Below are positions 19,221 to 27,871 of a stretch of 64,000 nucleotides of DNA, one piece after another. Within the stretch, counting starts at the first letter, position 1, and every line of letters begins with the position of its first letter. Source of the stretch: a virus (Duplodnaviria; Heunggongvirae; Uroviricota; Caudoviricetes); the IMG/VR virus record IMGVR_UViG_3300029610_000357, positions 52,285 to 116,284 of that record, one strand, 5' to 3'. The translations under genes were made by a program, and so were the position numbers. Below the pieces are notes generated by a model. That model saw nothing but the letters and a program-made list of their open reading frames with translations, had not been told where the DNA came from and did no database searches.

Positions 19221-19544
19221 GTGAGGATGGAAGAGAAAAGAGAAGTATGCTTCGATGATTGCGAAGTTGGCATGTTTTTTAGGATTGATAAAGACTGTCC
19301 ATGGATGTATGACAATGAGTGGATGGATGGTTTTGATACATTGACAAACGCAGATGAGTTAAAAGTTAAAATTATCGATAAAGATGCTGATGATAGCAGT
19401 GTTGAGATAGAATTTTGGGCAGATGGTCAAAAGACAGATATAACAGATTGGCTCTATCAGTTTGAAGACGATCCAGAAGACAGAATTGGAAATAACCTTG
19501 AGTTTATATTAAAGAGGAAAAATAGAAAAAATAACTATTGGTGA
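19221..19544 (+). CDS. tail-family member 7 (DDCEVGMFF type; ends NRKNNYW)
   Basis: Carries the conserved tail. Confidence 0.6.
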   Translation: MRMEEKREVCFDDCEVGMFFRIDKDCPWMYDNEWMDGFDTLTNADELKVKIIDKDADDSSVEIEFWADGQKTDITDWLYQFEDDPEDRIGNNLEFILKRKNRKNNYW

Positions 19545-19554
19545 GGTGGTGTAA

Positions 19555-19815
19555 ATGGATAATGAATTAAAAATTGGAATGAAGTTCTTAGAAGTAAAAA
19601 CCGGAATTGTCTGGAAGCTTACAGATATGAATTTTATACAAGAAGGGTTTTATATAATAGACAAATCATTGTGTTTTCAAGCTGTACGTATAAATACAGA
19701 CGAGGATGATGTATGGAGAAGTACATCGTCAATGATACCTAAGACAATGCTCGAAAGAAGATTGAAAAAAGGCGAATGGAAACAAATAAACAATAGAAAA
19801 AACAATTACTATTGA
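19555..19815 (+). CDS. tail-family member 8 (ends NNRKNNYY)
   Basis: Carries the conserved tail. Confidence 0.6.
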   Translation: MDNELKIGMKFLEVKTGIVWKLTDMNFIQEGFYIIDKSLCFQAVRINTDEDDVWRSTSSMIPKTMLERRLKKGEWKQINNRKNNYY

Positions 19816-19837
19816 TTAATAGTAGAAAGGACATATT

Positions 19838-20977
19838 ATGGAGGATTTAAGATTAGTAACAACAGAAGAATTTAATGGAGTTGATTGCAACTTTTACAAG
19901 GCAGATAGTAACATGTGGATGACCAGAGGGCAGATTGGTAAAGCTTTAGGATATCACAACCCAAGGATTGCAATCGGGAAAATACATACTGCACATAGAG
20001 ATAGACTTGATCCACTTTCAGTTGATACCAATTTAGGGTCTACTGATGGAAAAGAATATTCTACTTATATATATAATGAAAGAGGCATCTTTGAAATCTG
20101 TAGATGGTCGAGACAGCCAAAAGCAAATGAATTTATGGATTGGGTATGGGACATTATAGAAGCTTACAGACATGGAGAATTCCAGAGAAAGCCTAGGGAA
20201 ACAGCCATTACACCTGTTGAGAAATTCTTAGATGGAATGCAGAATATGTTCTTAGAAATGAGAGAAGAGAACAAAATATTCAAAGATACTGTGTTGAAGA
20301 TTTTAGAATCTCAGCAAGGACAGGAAGTACAAAAACCTGTTGAAAAACTTGAAGCTCAAGAGAAAACTGTTAATCAAGTAAAAACAAAAGCAGCTGTTAA
20401 GCCAGTTGTTAAGATTGAAAACCCTAGATTAGACACTTGGAAGTTCGAAATTGGTACTAAAGCAGCTTATATTGTTTTTAATGGAAATGAATATAAAACA
20501 AAAGGAAAAGTATTCTCAGCATGTTATTCAAAAATGAAGAATGTGTATGGAATTTGTTGGTCACAGGAAAATAAAGAATACAGAAGAGCTTTCGGATTAG
20601 AATCTCAGAGAGGTAGATTAAGTACTTTAGATGTTGTATTCAATGATGAAAATTTGAAAGACCTGTTTGACAGTATTCTTGATGGAATATATGAAAACAC
20701 AAAAAGAAAAGCTATAAAGAAAAATACGGGAACCAATCCAGAAAAAGATTGGCAATATTATAAAGAAAAGATTCAAAAACTTTGTGAGCAAACAGGCAAC
20801 AAAAGTTTAGGCGGAAGCTCTATTTACTCAGGAATCATTAGAAAGATGGATGTAGACTGGAGCAAGTATGAAACAAACAAAAAGAAAACTGAATTAGTTA
20901 GAAAGTATCCAGAGTTATTTGCAGAGTTCTCTAAGACAGCGGATAAATATTTAGAGGAGAAGTTAAATGAGTATTAA
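19838..20977 (+). CDS. Bro-N domain antirepressor-like protein
   Basis: The N-terminus EEFNGVDCNFYKADSNMWMTRGQIGKALGY is the Bro-N / ORF6N signature. The gene has no tail and sits inside the array. Confidence 0.6.
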   Translation: MEDLRLVTTEEFNGVDCNFYKADSNMWMTRGQIGKALGYHNPRIAIGKIHTAHRDRLDPLSVDTNLGSTDGKEYSTYIYNERGIFEICRWSRQPKANEFMDWVWDIIEAYRHGEFQRKPRETAITPVEKFLDGMQNMFLEMREENKIFKDTVLKILESQQGQEVQKPVEKLEAQEKTVNQVKTKAAVKPVVKIENPRLDTWKFEIGTKAAYIVFNGNEYKTKGKVFSACYSKMKNVYGICWSQENKEYRRAFGLESQRGRLSTLDVVFNDENLKDLFDSILDGIYENTKRKAIKKNTGTNPEKDWQYYKEKIQKLCEQTGNKSLGGSSIYSGIIRKMDVDWSKYETNKKKTELVRKYPELFAEFSKTADKYLEEKLNEY

Positions 20978-21086
20978 AATTTTAGGGCTTCGTCAAGATT
21001 GCTACAAAGTAATCATTGATGGAGTCCTTTTTAAATTCCCAACAGAACAAGAGTTTTTGGAATTCTTAGAGGAGATTGAGATATGA
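20967..21086 (+). CDS. small hypothetical protein (39 aa)
   Basis: GGAGGAG precedes the start. Its start overlaps the upstream stop and its stop overlaps the next start (ATGA). Confidence 0.3.
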   Translation: MSIKILGLRQDCYKVIIDGVLFKFPTEQEFLEFLEEIEI

Positions 21087-21361
21087 GTTTTAGATTTGAA
21101 GTAGGTCAAGAGTTGGAATTACACAATAACTTGACGGATATGAAAGTTTACATGAGATCGGGAACGGTTGTTCGTATCTTAAGTAGAAAAACAAGAATGG
21201 ATCATACACAAGAGGTTGAGAGAAATCGTTACAAGATTGCATATGAATTTCATACAAATTTTTTGAAAATTGGAGATGGTTGTTGCCACTCTGGAAAAGA
21301 CTTTGTCTGGGAAGAAGATTTAATTAGAGCTGTCGGTCAACGGAAAAATAATTATTATTGA
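21083..21361 (+). CDS. tail-family member 9 (ends GQRKNNYY)
   Basis: Carries the conserved tail. Confidence 0.6.
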   Translation: MSFRFEVGQELELHNNLTDMKVYMRSGTVVRILSRKTRMDHTQEVERNRYKIAYEFHTNFLKIGDGCCHSGKDFVWEEDLIRAVGQRKNNYY

Positions 21362-21364
21362 GAG

Positions 21365-21643
21365 GTGATTAAAATGTGGAAAGTTGGAGATAGAGTCGTA
21401 ATTATTCAAGATACTAGGAGACCTTTAAAATCCTTTGTAGGCTTTAAAGGAACTGTTAACTTTGTAGAAGAGGATGGGATAGGTGTAGCTTTTGACAAAT
21501 ATGTAAACGGTCATATGTTAGGAGGGAGTTGCCAAGACGGTCATGGATGGTATTTGTCCACAGACGGAGAGAACGAAAACGAAGCCGAAGCAAATGGAGT
21601 AAGAGTCAAGAAAATTAACAACAGAAAAAATAATTATTGGTAG
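21365..21643 (+). CDS. tail-family member 10 (MWKVGDRVVII; ends NNRKNNYW)
   Basis: Carries the conserved tail. Confidence 0.6.
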   Translation: MIKMWKVGDRVVIIQDTRRPLKSFVGFKGTVNFVEEDGIGVAFDKYVNGHMLGGSCQDGHGWYLSTDGENENEAEANGVRVKKINNRKNNYW

Positions 21644-21925
21644 GTGATAGGAATGTGGGAAAAAGGTACAAGGGTTAGAATTATAAAATCAAATAGATCT
21701 ACAACACCAGTTGGTATCATAGGTACTGTGGTTTACATACGTAAGGATAAAAACGATCGTTTTATAGTAGAGTTTGACGAACCCATGGATGGGAATACCT
21801 TAACTGTTCTTTGTGATTGCAAACCGAACTGCTGGTGGTGGTTTGATAATGTTCCGGGGAGAGTTGTTGAAACAGATGGTATAACAATTGAAAAAATAGG
21901 AAAAAGAAAAAACAATTATTACTAA
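21644..21925 (+). CDS. tail-family member 11 (MWEKGTRVRII; ends GKRKNNYY)
   Basis: Carries the conserved tail. Confidence 0.6.
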   Translation: MIGMWEKGTRVRIIKSNRSTTPVGIIGTVVYIRKDKNDRFIVEFDEPMDGNTLTVLCDCKPNCWWWFDNVPGRVVETDGITIEKIGKRKNNYY

Positions 21926-21936
21926 GGTGGTGAGAA

Positions 21937-22249
21937 TATGTGGGAGATTGGAGATAGAGTGGCTGTTACAGACTTGGGCAAAGCCTCACAAGAGGATTTT
22001 GGAGTTGAAATAAAGGTTGGATACAAAGGAACTATTATCAACTTTTTAAAGGTTGCTGCCCCATGAAGTCCTGATGAGATAATTAAATTCTTAGTAGAGT
22101 TTGACGAATCCATGGGTGGACATAGTGGAAATGGAGCTTATGAAGGAAAGCGGGGACATTGTTGGTGGTTTGATTATTGTTTAGAAAAGGTTACTATCAC
22201 AGATGGCATAAGCATTGAGCAAGTCAAAAGGAAAAATAATTTTTACTAA
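21937..22249 (+). pseudogene. decayed tail-family member 12 (MWEIGDRV...KRKNNFY) with a 1-nt frameshift and an in-frame TGA
   Basis: MWEIGDRV reads in frame 0. The paralog-like continuation AVTDLGKASQEDFGVEIKVGYKGT needs a +1 shift at the GTGGG run near 21960. That frame then hits TGA at 22064 before continuing to KRKNNFY-TAA at 22247. Confidence 0.55.
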
Positions 22250-22252
22250 GGG

Positions 22253-22495
22253 GTGATTAAAATGTGGGAAGTAGGTGACAGAGTAGTAGTTACTCGTGGA
22301 ATTAAAGCTAGTAGCGTATTTGAGACTAAAGCGAAAGGGACAGTCATTGCTATAGATGCGGAATTTACAATACCCGTATTGGTTGAAATAGATGGAACAG
22401 GAACAAGTATGTGGTTCTATGAAAATGGTGATGATTTAATCTGGGGCGGCATTACTTGCACACGAGCAAAAAAGAGAAAAAACAATTATTATTGA
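22253..22495 (+). CDS. tail-family member 13 (MWEVGDRVVVT; ends KKRKNNYY)
   Basis: Carries the conserved tail. Confidence 0.6.
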   Translation: MIKMWEVGDRVVVTRGIKASSVFETKAKGTVIAIDAEFTIPVLVEIDGTGTSMWFYENGDDLIWGGITCTRAKKRKNNYY

Positions 22496-22511
22496 GAAAG
22501 GATGATGACAG

Positions 22512-22799
22512 GTGTTTAAGGTTGGAGATAGGATCGTATTAACAGAAGAAAGCCGCCAACATTGCAATATATTTGATGAACATCCGGGAGATATCGCAAC
22601 GGTTATTAGAGTTTCGCAAGTAACGAATGAACATGGTTATGAATGTGTTTTAGAATTTGATAAACATATTGGTGGACATGATGGATTAATCGATGCTAGA
22701 GGCAAGAACGGTCATTGTGTTATCTATTATTTTTGTTCAACACAGTGGGATAAGTATTTTAGGAAAATCCAAACCAAACGTAAGAATAACTATTATTGA
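22512..22799 (+). CDS. tail-family member 14 (GTG start; FKVGDRIVL; ends TKRKNNYY)
   Basis: Carries the conserved tail. Confidence 0.55.
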   Translation: MFKVGDRIVLTEESRQHCNIFDEHPGDIATVIRVSQVTNEHGYECVLEFDKHIGGHDGLIDARGKNGHCVIYYFCSTQWDKYFRKIQTKRKNNYY

Positions 22800-22814
22800 G
22801 AAAGAGGTGATCGT

Positions 22815-23132
22815 ATGCCAGAGGATGTAAAGTACCGTCCAGTTCCTAAAGGATATAAAGGTGTTTTTAGACTAAGAAAAGATATAATATCCTTAAACAA
22901 TGAATTTTATGGGGCATGGGGCATTATAGACGACAAATTTTTAATCGATGAAGATTATTATAATGAAGAAAATGAATTTAAGGGAGATCCTAGTCATGTA
23001 ATTCGAGCAAGTTTTTACCCTAGCCTTTTAGATCTGCAAAGAGGTGAAAATCTTATTAGAGAAGTAGGAAGAGTGTCTGGGACAGAAAAGTGTTGTTATA
23101 TTCCTTTTAAAAGAAAAAATAATTACTATTAA
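22815..23132 (+). CDS. tail-family member 15 (KYRPVPKGYKG type; ends KRKNNYY)
   Basis: It is a paralog of member 16. Carries the conserved tail. Confidence 0.6.
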   Translation: MPEDVKYRPVPKGYKGVFRLRKDIISLNNEFYGAWGIIDDKFLIDEDYYNEENEFKGDPSHVIRASFYPSLLDLQRGENLIREVGRVSGTEKCCYIPFKRKNNYY

Positions 23133-23147
23133 GAAAGAGGTGATCAA

Positions 23148-23462
23148 ATGGAGAATGATGGTAAATATCCTCCAGTACCTAAAGGATACAAGGGTATTTT
23201 TAGAGTTAGACCTGATATGATAGAGTCAAATAATGTGTTCTATGGAGCATATGGTATTACAGGAAAAGGTATTATAGAAGACAGTGATTATTTAGAAGAC
23301 CAAGGAGAATTTACAGGAAATCCACATCATATAATTAAAGCCATTTTTTATCAAACCTATGAAGACTTAAAGAGCAGAGAATGTATGATACAGGGAAGGC
23401 CTGTTAAAATAAGAGAATGCTTGCTTTATCCAGTATCCAACAAGAAGAACAATTACTGGTAG
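23148..23462 (+). CDS. tail-family member 16 (KYPPVPKGYKG type; ends NKKNNYW)
   Basis: Carries the conserved tail. Confidence 0.6.
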   Translation: MENDGKYPPVPKGYKGIFRVRPDMIESNNVFYGAYGITGKGIIEDSDYLEDQGEFTGNPHHIIKAIFYQTYEDLKSRECMIQGRPVKIRECLLYPVSNKKNNYW

Positions 23463-23472
23463 GTGGTTTAAG

Positions 23473-23742
23473 ATGATAGAAGCAAAAGATATTAAAGAGG
23501 GTATGAAAATTAAGTATGAAGGCTGGGAATGGACTATAACAAAAGTGTTTGCAAAATATAATAATGTCTTGGATCTTCGGAATGGTTATACTAAAAAAAT
23601 CATTGATCAAGATAGTTCATTGATTTGGATTGAAGCATCGAAGAGACGCTTTGTGCCTGAATCAATGACTATGGAATGGTTCTTTAAAGAACTGAAATAT
23701 GGAACAATAAAGATTTTAAATCGTAAAAATAATTATTATTGA
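23473..23742 (+). CDS. tail-family member 17 (ends NRKNNYY)
   Basis: Carries the conserved tail. Confidence 0.6.
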   Translation: MIEAKDIKEGMKIKYEGWEWTITKVFAKYNNVLDLRNGYTKKIIDQDSSLIWIEASKRRFVPESMTMEWFFKELKYGTIKILNRKNNYY

Positions 23743-23748
23743 GGTGAT

Positions 23749-24039
23749 ATGATGTATTTAGAAGACATTAAAGTTGGTCAGAGAGTGAATTATCGAGGTC
23801 ATTCCTATACAATAACTAAAAATGTTGTAAAGCGATGGAAAACAATAAGCCCCCATTCCTTATATTCATACATTAAGATAAGTACAAATTATTATAGATC
23901 ACGAATGTATTTCCAAAGAGTGGAAGACAAAAGTGAATCAGTTGACGGATTTTGGTTATTATATGACGAGATTGAAGAAAAAATGGATCGAGGGCTTATT
24001 AAATTTTTGAACATGTCAAAGAAAAATAATTATTATTAA
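23749..24039 (+). CDS. tail-family member 18 (ends SKKNNYY)
   Basis: Carries the conserved tail. It is the last member, immediately before the RT. Confidence 0.6.
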   Translation: MMYLEDIKVGQRVNYRGHSYTITKNVVKRWKTISPHSLYSYIKISTNYYRSRMYFQRVEDKSESVDGFWLLYDEIEEKMDRGLIKFLNMSKKNNYY

Positions 24040-24054
24040 AGAGGGTGTTACAAA

Positions 24055-25347
24055 GTGAACGAGATCAATAAAAGGAAATTAGAACTGTTCATGGATGATC
24101 AGCTATGGAGACAAAATATCACACATCAGCAAAGCAAAGGTGTACATAGAGATGTATTAAGAATTGTATGTGATCCAGAATACAAAGCACGGCTTTTAGG
24201 AATGATCTGGGATGGTAATTACAAAATTGCACCTCCGTATGTAGTAGAAATTCCTAAAGACAATGGAAAAGTAAGAGAAGTGTATGTTAATCAGCCAATT
24301 GACAGATTTGTTATGACACAAATCAATTATGTTTATATGCAATTATATGGTCATATGATTCATCCAAGATGTGTGTCTTATCAGAAAGGAATTGGAGTTA
24401 AAAATATCGTAGATGATATTTGTATGGAGCTTAAGAAACATCAAGGAGCTGTTGGGTATAAGGTAGACATTAGTAAGTATTTTGACAGTGTAAGCCGTGA
24501 GGTACTTAATGAAATGATTGATAAAATTGATACAGGAAGTCCTATTGATCAGATTGTAAGAGATTATTATATGGATGATTGTATCATTGATCAGAAAAGA
24601 AATGTTATTGAGAAATACAAAAGTATGACTCAAGGTTGTGCAGTGTCTACATTCTTTGCCAATTGTGTTTTAAGAGATGTAGACGAAGAGTTAAGCAAGA
24701 TGGATATTATTTATTACAGATATTCAGATGATATCTTGATGGTTGGTAAGGATGCAGATAAGGCTTTGAAGATGTTAGGAGAGATGTTAGAAACAAAAGG
24801 ACTTACATTAAATCCCAAAAAGGTAGAAACAGTCAGTACAGATCAATGGTTTACATTCTTAGGAGTGCGAATTAATGGACAGAAGAGAAGTTTTTCTGAA
24901 AAGAGCTTAAAGGAATTTCAGAAACACATTAGAGAATATGTAAATAAGAAAGCAGGAATTGGTAGCGTAAAAGTTGCAATCAGACAAATTAATAAATATC
25001 TGTATTTGAATTTCTTAAGGAATCCGAATGAGTTTGGTTGGGCTGAGTATTTCTTTAGTATTGTGAATGTCGAAGATGATATTAAGACATTAGATATGTG
25101 GATTAAAGATACACTCAGAGGTTTGTATACTGGTAAGAGAAAGGTTGGTGGTCTTGGTGTAAATAAAGTAACTGATGAATGTGGAGTATTAAGAGGGAAA
25201 GGAAAAAACGTAAGTGCAAATCTTGGTAAAACAAGAAGCGATAAAGACATTTTAGAAGAAGCAGGATATATCAGCATGAATGAAATGTATCATCAGTTTA
25301 GATACAGTAAAGAATTGTACAGGGCTTCATTGACGGCTTTATCTTAA
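24055..25347 (+). CDS. reverse transcriptase (orphan RT domain plus a roughly 120-aa C-terminal extension; class unassigned)
   Basis: The RT motifs are readable in order. Motifs 1-2 read PKDNGKVREVYVNQPIDRFV. Motif A is YKVDISKYFDSV, B' is QGCAVSTFFANCVL and C is YYRYSDDILMVG. The region LTLNPKKVE then follows, and after it FLGVRI. GTG start with an AGAGGGTG Shine-Dalgarno sequence. Confidence 0.8.
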   Translation: MNEINKRKLELFMDDQLWRQNITHQQSKGVHRDVLRIVCDPEYKARLLGMIWDGNYKIAPPYVVEIPKDNGKVREVYVNQPIDRFVMTQINYVYMQLYGHMIHPRCVSYQKGIGVKNIVDDICMELKKHQGAVGYKVDISKYFDSVSREVLNEMIDKIDTGSPIDQIVRDYYMDDCIIDQKRNVIEKYKSMTQGCAVSTFFANCVLRDVDEELSKMDIIYYRYSDDILMVGKDADKALKMLGEMLETKGLTLNPKKVETVSTDQWFTFLGVRINGQKRSFSEKSLKEFQKHIREYVNKKAGIGSVKVAIRQINKYLYLNFLRNPNEFGWAEYFFSIVNVEDDIKTLDMWIKDTLRGLYTGKRKVGGLGVNKVTDECGVLRGKGKNVSANLGKTRSDKDILEEAGYISMNEMYHQFRYSKELYRASLTALS

Positions 25348-25472
25348 GTCAAACCTAACACGAGGTACTTATGTGAGATGTTATAAGTCAAATTAGATCA
25401 CTAGGAAGCTCTGGTGATTCCATGCATGGTTGATAACCAGCATTCCATCACCACTTCTTCCCAGATCTTATC

Positions 25473-25493
25473 ATCATAAAGGGAATTTAGAAA
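25473..25493 (+). promoter_or_regulatory. conserved motif instance 0 (ATCATAAAgggaATTTAGAAA)
   Basis: It follows the imperfect hairpin GGTGATTCCATGC...GCATTCCATCACC. Confidence 0.4.
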
Positions 25494-25632
25494 CGTGTTA
25501 TTAACATGAACATAAGAAAGTTACTATGGACGTTGTATGTGAGACAATGGAATTACATATAAGGCGCGTTGAAGCTGCAGGATGACTGGCAATACATTGA
25601 CCAAGTCATCCCTGCAGCTCAACCGCTTTATA

Positions 25633-25652
25633 ATCATAAAAGAATAAAGGAA
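25633..25652 (+). promoter_or_regulatory. conserved motif instance 1 (ATCATAAAagaATAAAGGAA)
   Basis: It follows the 56-nt near-perfect hairpin at 25568-25623. Confidence 0.45.
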
Positions 25653-25807
25653 CATAGCATTATTGTGAGCATACAAACAAGCTAACATGGGCTAAACATA
25701 CGAGACGTTGAATCATACATAATAAGGGCACAGCTGCCTTATGCAGCGGGAAATTAGTCTCCTCGACAATAATTTCACCGCTGCCACAGGCGTGCGTGCC
25801 CTTATTA

Positions 25808-25827
25808 ATCATAAACCAATAGAGAAA
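25808..25827 (+). promoter_or_regulatory. conserved motif instance 2 (ATCATAAAccaATAGAGAAA), 35 nt upstream of the gene at 25865
   Basis: It follows the hairpin at 25725-25800. Confidence 0.5.
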
Positions 25828-25864
25828 ACATGTCGCCAATGTAGAGTATGTAGAAAGGAAAATC

Positions 25865-26401
25865 ATGAAAAGTTTATTTAAAGTATTGTATGAGCTGTCA
25901 CAAGGAAATACCTTAATGATTAATAGTTGCATGTCTTTTAGAATGACAACTGATCTATACAAAAGACAAGTGAGATTTAAGAAGTATAAGGTTGTTGATC
26001 AAGGAAGCGTAGTAAGTGATGTGACATTGTGTAGTGGAGAAGTTATTGAGTATGATGACTTAATAAAGGAAGGAGATTTAGATTTTATATTGCCAACTGA
26101 ATTAAATGAAAAAGAAAATCCATATGAGGTTATTGAATACCTGTATGGATTATTTTATTGCTCAGTTCCTGATAGATCTGCTGTTCAAAAGAAACAAAAT
26201 TTTATAGCAAAAGGATTAAATGATTTTGGGGCAAATGATTTTACAGGAATGAGAAGAAGTGAAATTCAGCCATTGTTAGAGCTCTATGTGTTACTCGCTG
26301 GAATGAAAGGATGGATCACTTGGAAAGATGATAAGTTGTTCTTTTGGAAAGGTGGACATAAGAGTTTGTATATATATAGAAAATGGATTTTAGGTTATTA
26401 G
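25865..26401 (+). CDS. hypothetical protein
   Basis: A 178-aa ORF preceded by AAAGGAAAA. Confidence 0.5.
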   Translation: MKSLFKVLYELSQGNTLMINSCMSFRMTTDLYKRQVRFKKYKVVDQGSVVSDVTLCSGEVIEYDDLIKEGDLDFILPTELNEKENPYEVIEYLYGLFYCSVPDRSAVQKKQNFIAKGLNDFGANDFTGMRRSEIQPLLELYVLLAGMKGWITWKDDKLFFWKGGHKSLYIYRKWILGY

Positions 26402-27180
26402 GAAAGGAAGAATGTAAAATGAATGTAGAAAAGAGTTTAGAAAAAGCAGGAGTAGACACAAAGAAATATCCTTCATTAGCTATGCAGAATATTTTAGGAT
26501 ATCAAGGGAAAGCGTTTGCAGAAAATTCATACCTGTATAAAAAGATTATGGAAGATGGACATGTGTTTAATCCTTATATACACAGAAGATGGCTTCCATA
26601 TCAGTTTATGAATGCTGTCCATTGGACAAGACGGTATTATGTAGAGACTATTGGTTATGTAAAGATGCTTGAAAAAGAATTGATGCGTGGCAATAATGTA
26701 GATAATTGGAAATATATGTACGATAAATTTGGAAAAGAGCTTAATGCTTTATATACACTCTCAAAAAGAGATAAAAAAGCGTATAAAGAAAGATGGGCTG
26801 CTTTTGGAAGGTTAGAAATTTTGAATTATTTTTCTCAAGGGTTTGATTGTATAGGGATAAATCAGAATACATTCTTGGAAATGAAAAATTTATTAGCGGA
26901 TGAAAGATTTGAAGCTGAACGATATTGGCGATATACTAATTGTTTATTGTATAAACAGTCACAATTTAGAAAAGATTTGGTAACAACAACTTTCCATTCA
27001 GGAATTTATTTTACATTAAAACACATTATGATGTTTGATTATGACAAATTACATATGTCTTCATCCCAAAAAGAAAGCCTAAAACGAATTAGAGAAGACT
27101 TAATTAATGGAGATTTCAATTATGAGCAGGCTTTTACAATTATTGAAGATTACGTAGCAAGATATTACAATCCAAGATAG
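26383..27180 (+). CDS. hypothetical protein
   Basis: A 265-aa ORF that overlaps the upstream gene. Confidence 0.5.
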   Translation: MDFRLLGKEECKMNVEKSLEKAGVDTKKYPSLAMQNILGYQGKAFAENSYLYKKIMEDGHVFNPYIHRRWLPYQFMNAVHWTRRYYVETIGYVKMLEKELMRGNNVDNWKYMYDKFGKELNALYTLSKRDKKAYKERWAAFGRLEILNYFSQGFDCIGINQNTFLEMKNLLADERFEAERYWRYTNCLLYKQSQFRKDLVTTTFHSGIYFTLKHIMMFDYDKLHMSSSQKESLKRIREDLINGDFNYEQAFTIIEDYVARYYNPR

Positions 27181-27193
27181 AGAGGGGAATTAT

Positions 27194-27691
27194 ATGCCAG
27201 AAGAAGTAAAGAAATTAACTATTAAAGAAGCAGATGAGTTTATTAAAAAGAAAGTAATCGGAGTTCTCATAAAAGCAGATGTAACAATAATAGTAAATGA
27301 ATTAGAAGCTATTTATGGAGATTCGTTAGCAAATGGAACGGTTGGAGATTCGTTTTATATTTATAACTGTCCAGAAAATTATGATGAATCAGATTATGAA
27401 GAGCTTGAGTATATTGACTATGATGATATGTGTGAAGATGATATTCGTGAAGAGAGAGCTGAAGCAGGAGATTTCAATCTTAAAGTATATAAGTGGTTCA
27501 TTGTTGATCCAAGATTTACAGAATTATTAAAAGATTTAGGAGAGATAGTTGCTCCAGATATTAACCTTTGGGGATGTTGTGAAGACATTGAAGACGCAAG
27601 CGAAGCAACTGTAATTGAAGAATTTTTTGAGAGAATGCAGATTCTGTATGGACAAAAGAATGCAATTATTACAGAAAAATTGAGTGCCTAA
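27194..27691 (+). CDS. highly acidic hypothetical protein
   Basis: The translation is Asp/Glu-rich throughout. GAGGGGAA precedes the start. Confidence 0.5.
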   Translation: MPEEVKKLTIKEADEFIKKKVIGVLIKADVTIIVNELEAIYGDSLANGTVGDSFYIYNCPENYDESDYEELEYIDYDDMCEDDIREERAEAGDFNLKVYKWFIVDPRFTELLKDLGEIVAPDINLWGCCEDIEDASEATVIEEFFERMQILYGQKNAIITEKLSA

Positions 27692-27851
27692 ACCAACAAA
27701 AGGGAGATGTACCCTTTGTAGAAATACTTATCATCAACCATCAAAGAAGGAGGATCTTCAGAACCCTCCGCATTGATTACGCTAAACATCACTTCGTAAT
27801 GATTTAGCAGCATCAACTGCGAGAGGAGTTCATGAAGATCCTCCTTCTTGA

Positions 27852-27871
27852 ATCATAAATACATAGAGGAA
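27852..27871 (+). promoter_or_regulatory. conserved motif instance 3 (ATCATAAAtacATAGAGGAA)
   Basis: It follows the roughly 100-nt nested hairpin at 27746-27847. Confidence 0.45.

Noticed and set aside
16679-24039. Regularly spaced repeat (about 300-nt period) that might be mistaken for a CRISPR array or integron cassette array
   Set aside because: The 'repeat' is only about 20 nt, spans a stop codon plus ribosome-binding site, and shows synonymous codon variation. The 'spacers' are 250-330-nt intact ORFs with Shine-Dalgarno sequences. There is no palindromic CRISPR repeat and no attC-like imperfect palindrome.
16679-25347. Diversity-generating retroelement (RT plus template/variable repeat pair)
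   Set aside because: The RT is present, but I could not find a pair of roughly 100-nt near-repeats differing at adenine positions. Paralogs (for example members 15 and 16) differ throughout rather than in a localised C-terminal variable region. This is left as an open check rather than a call.
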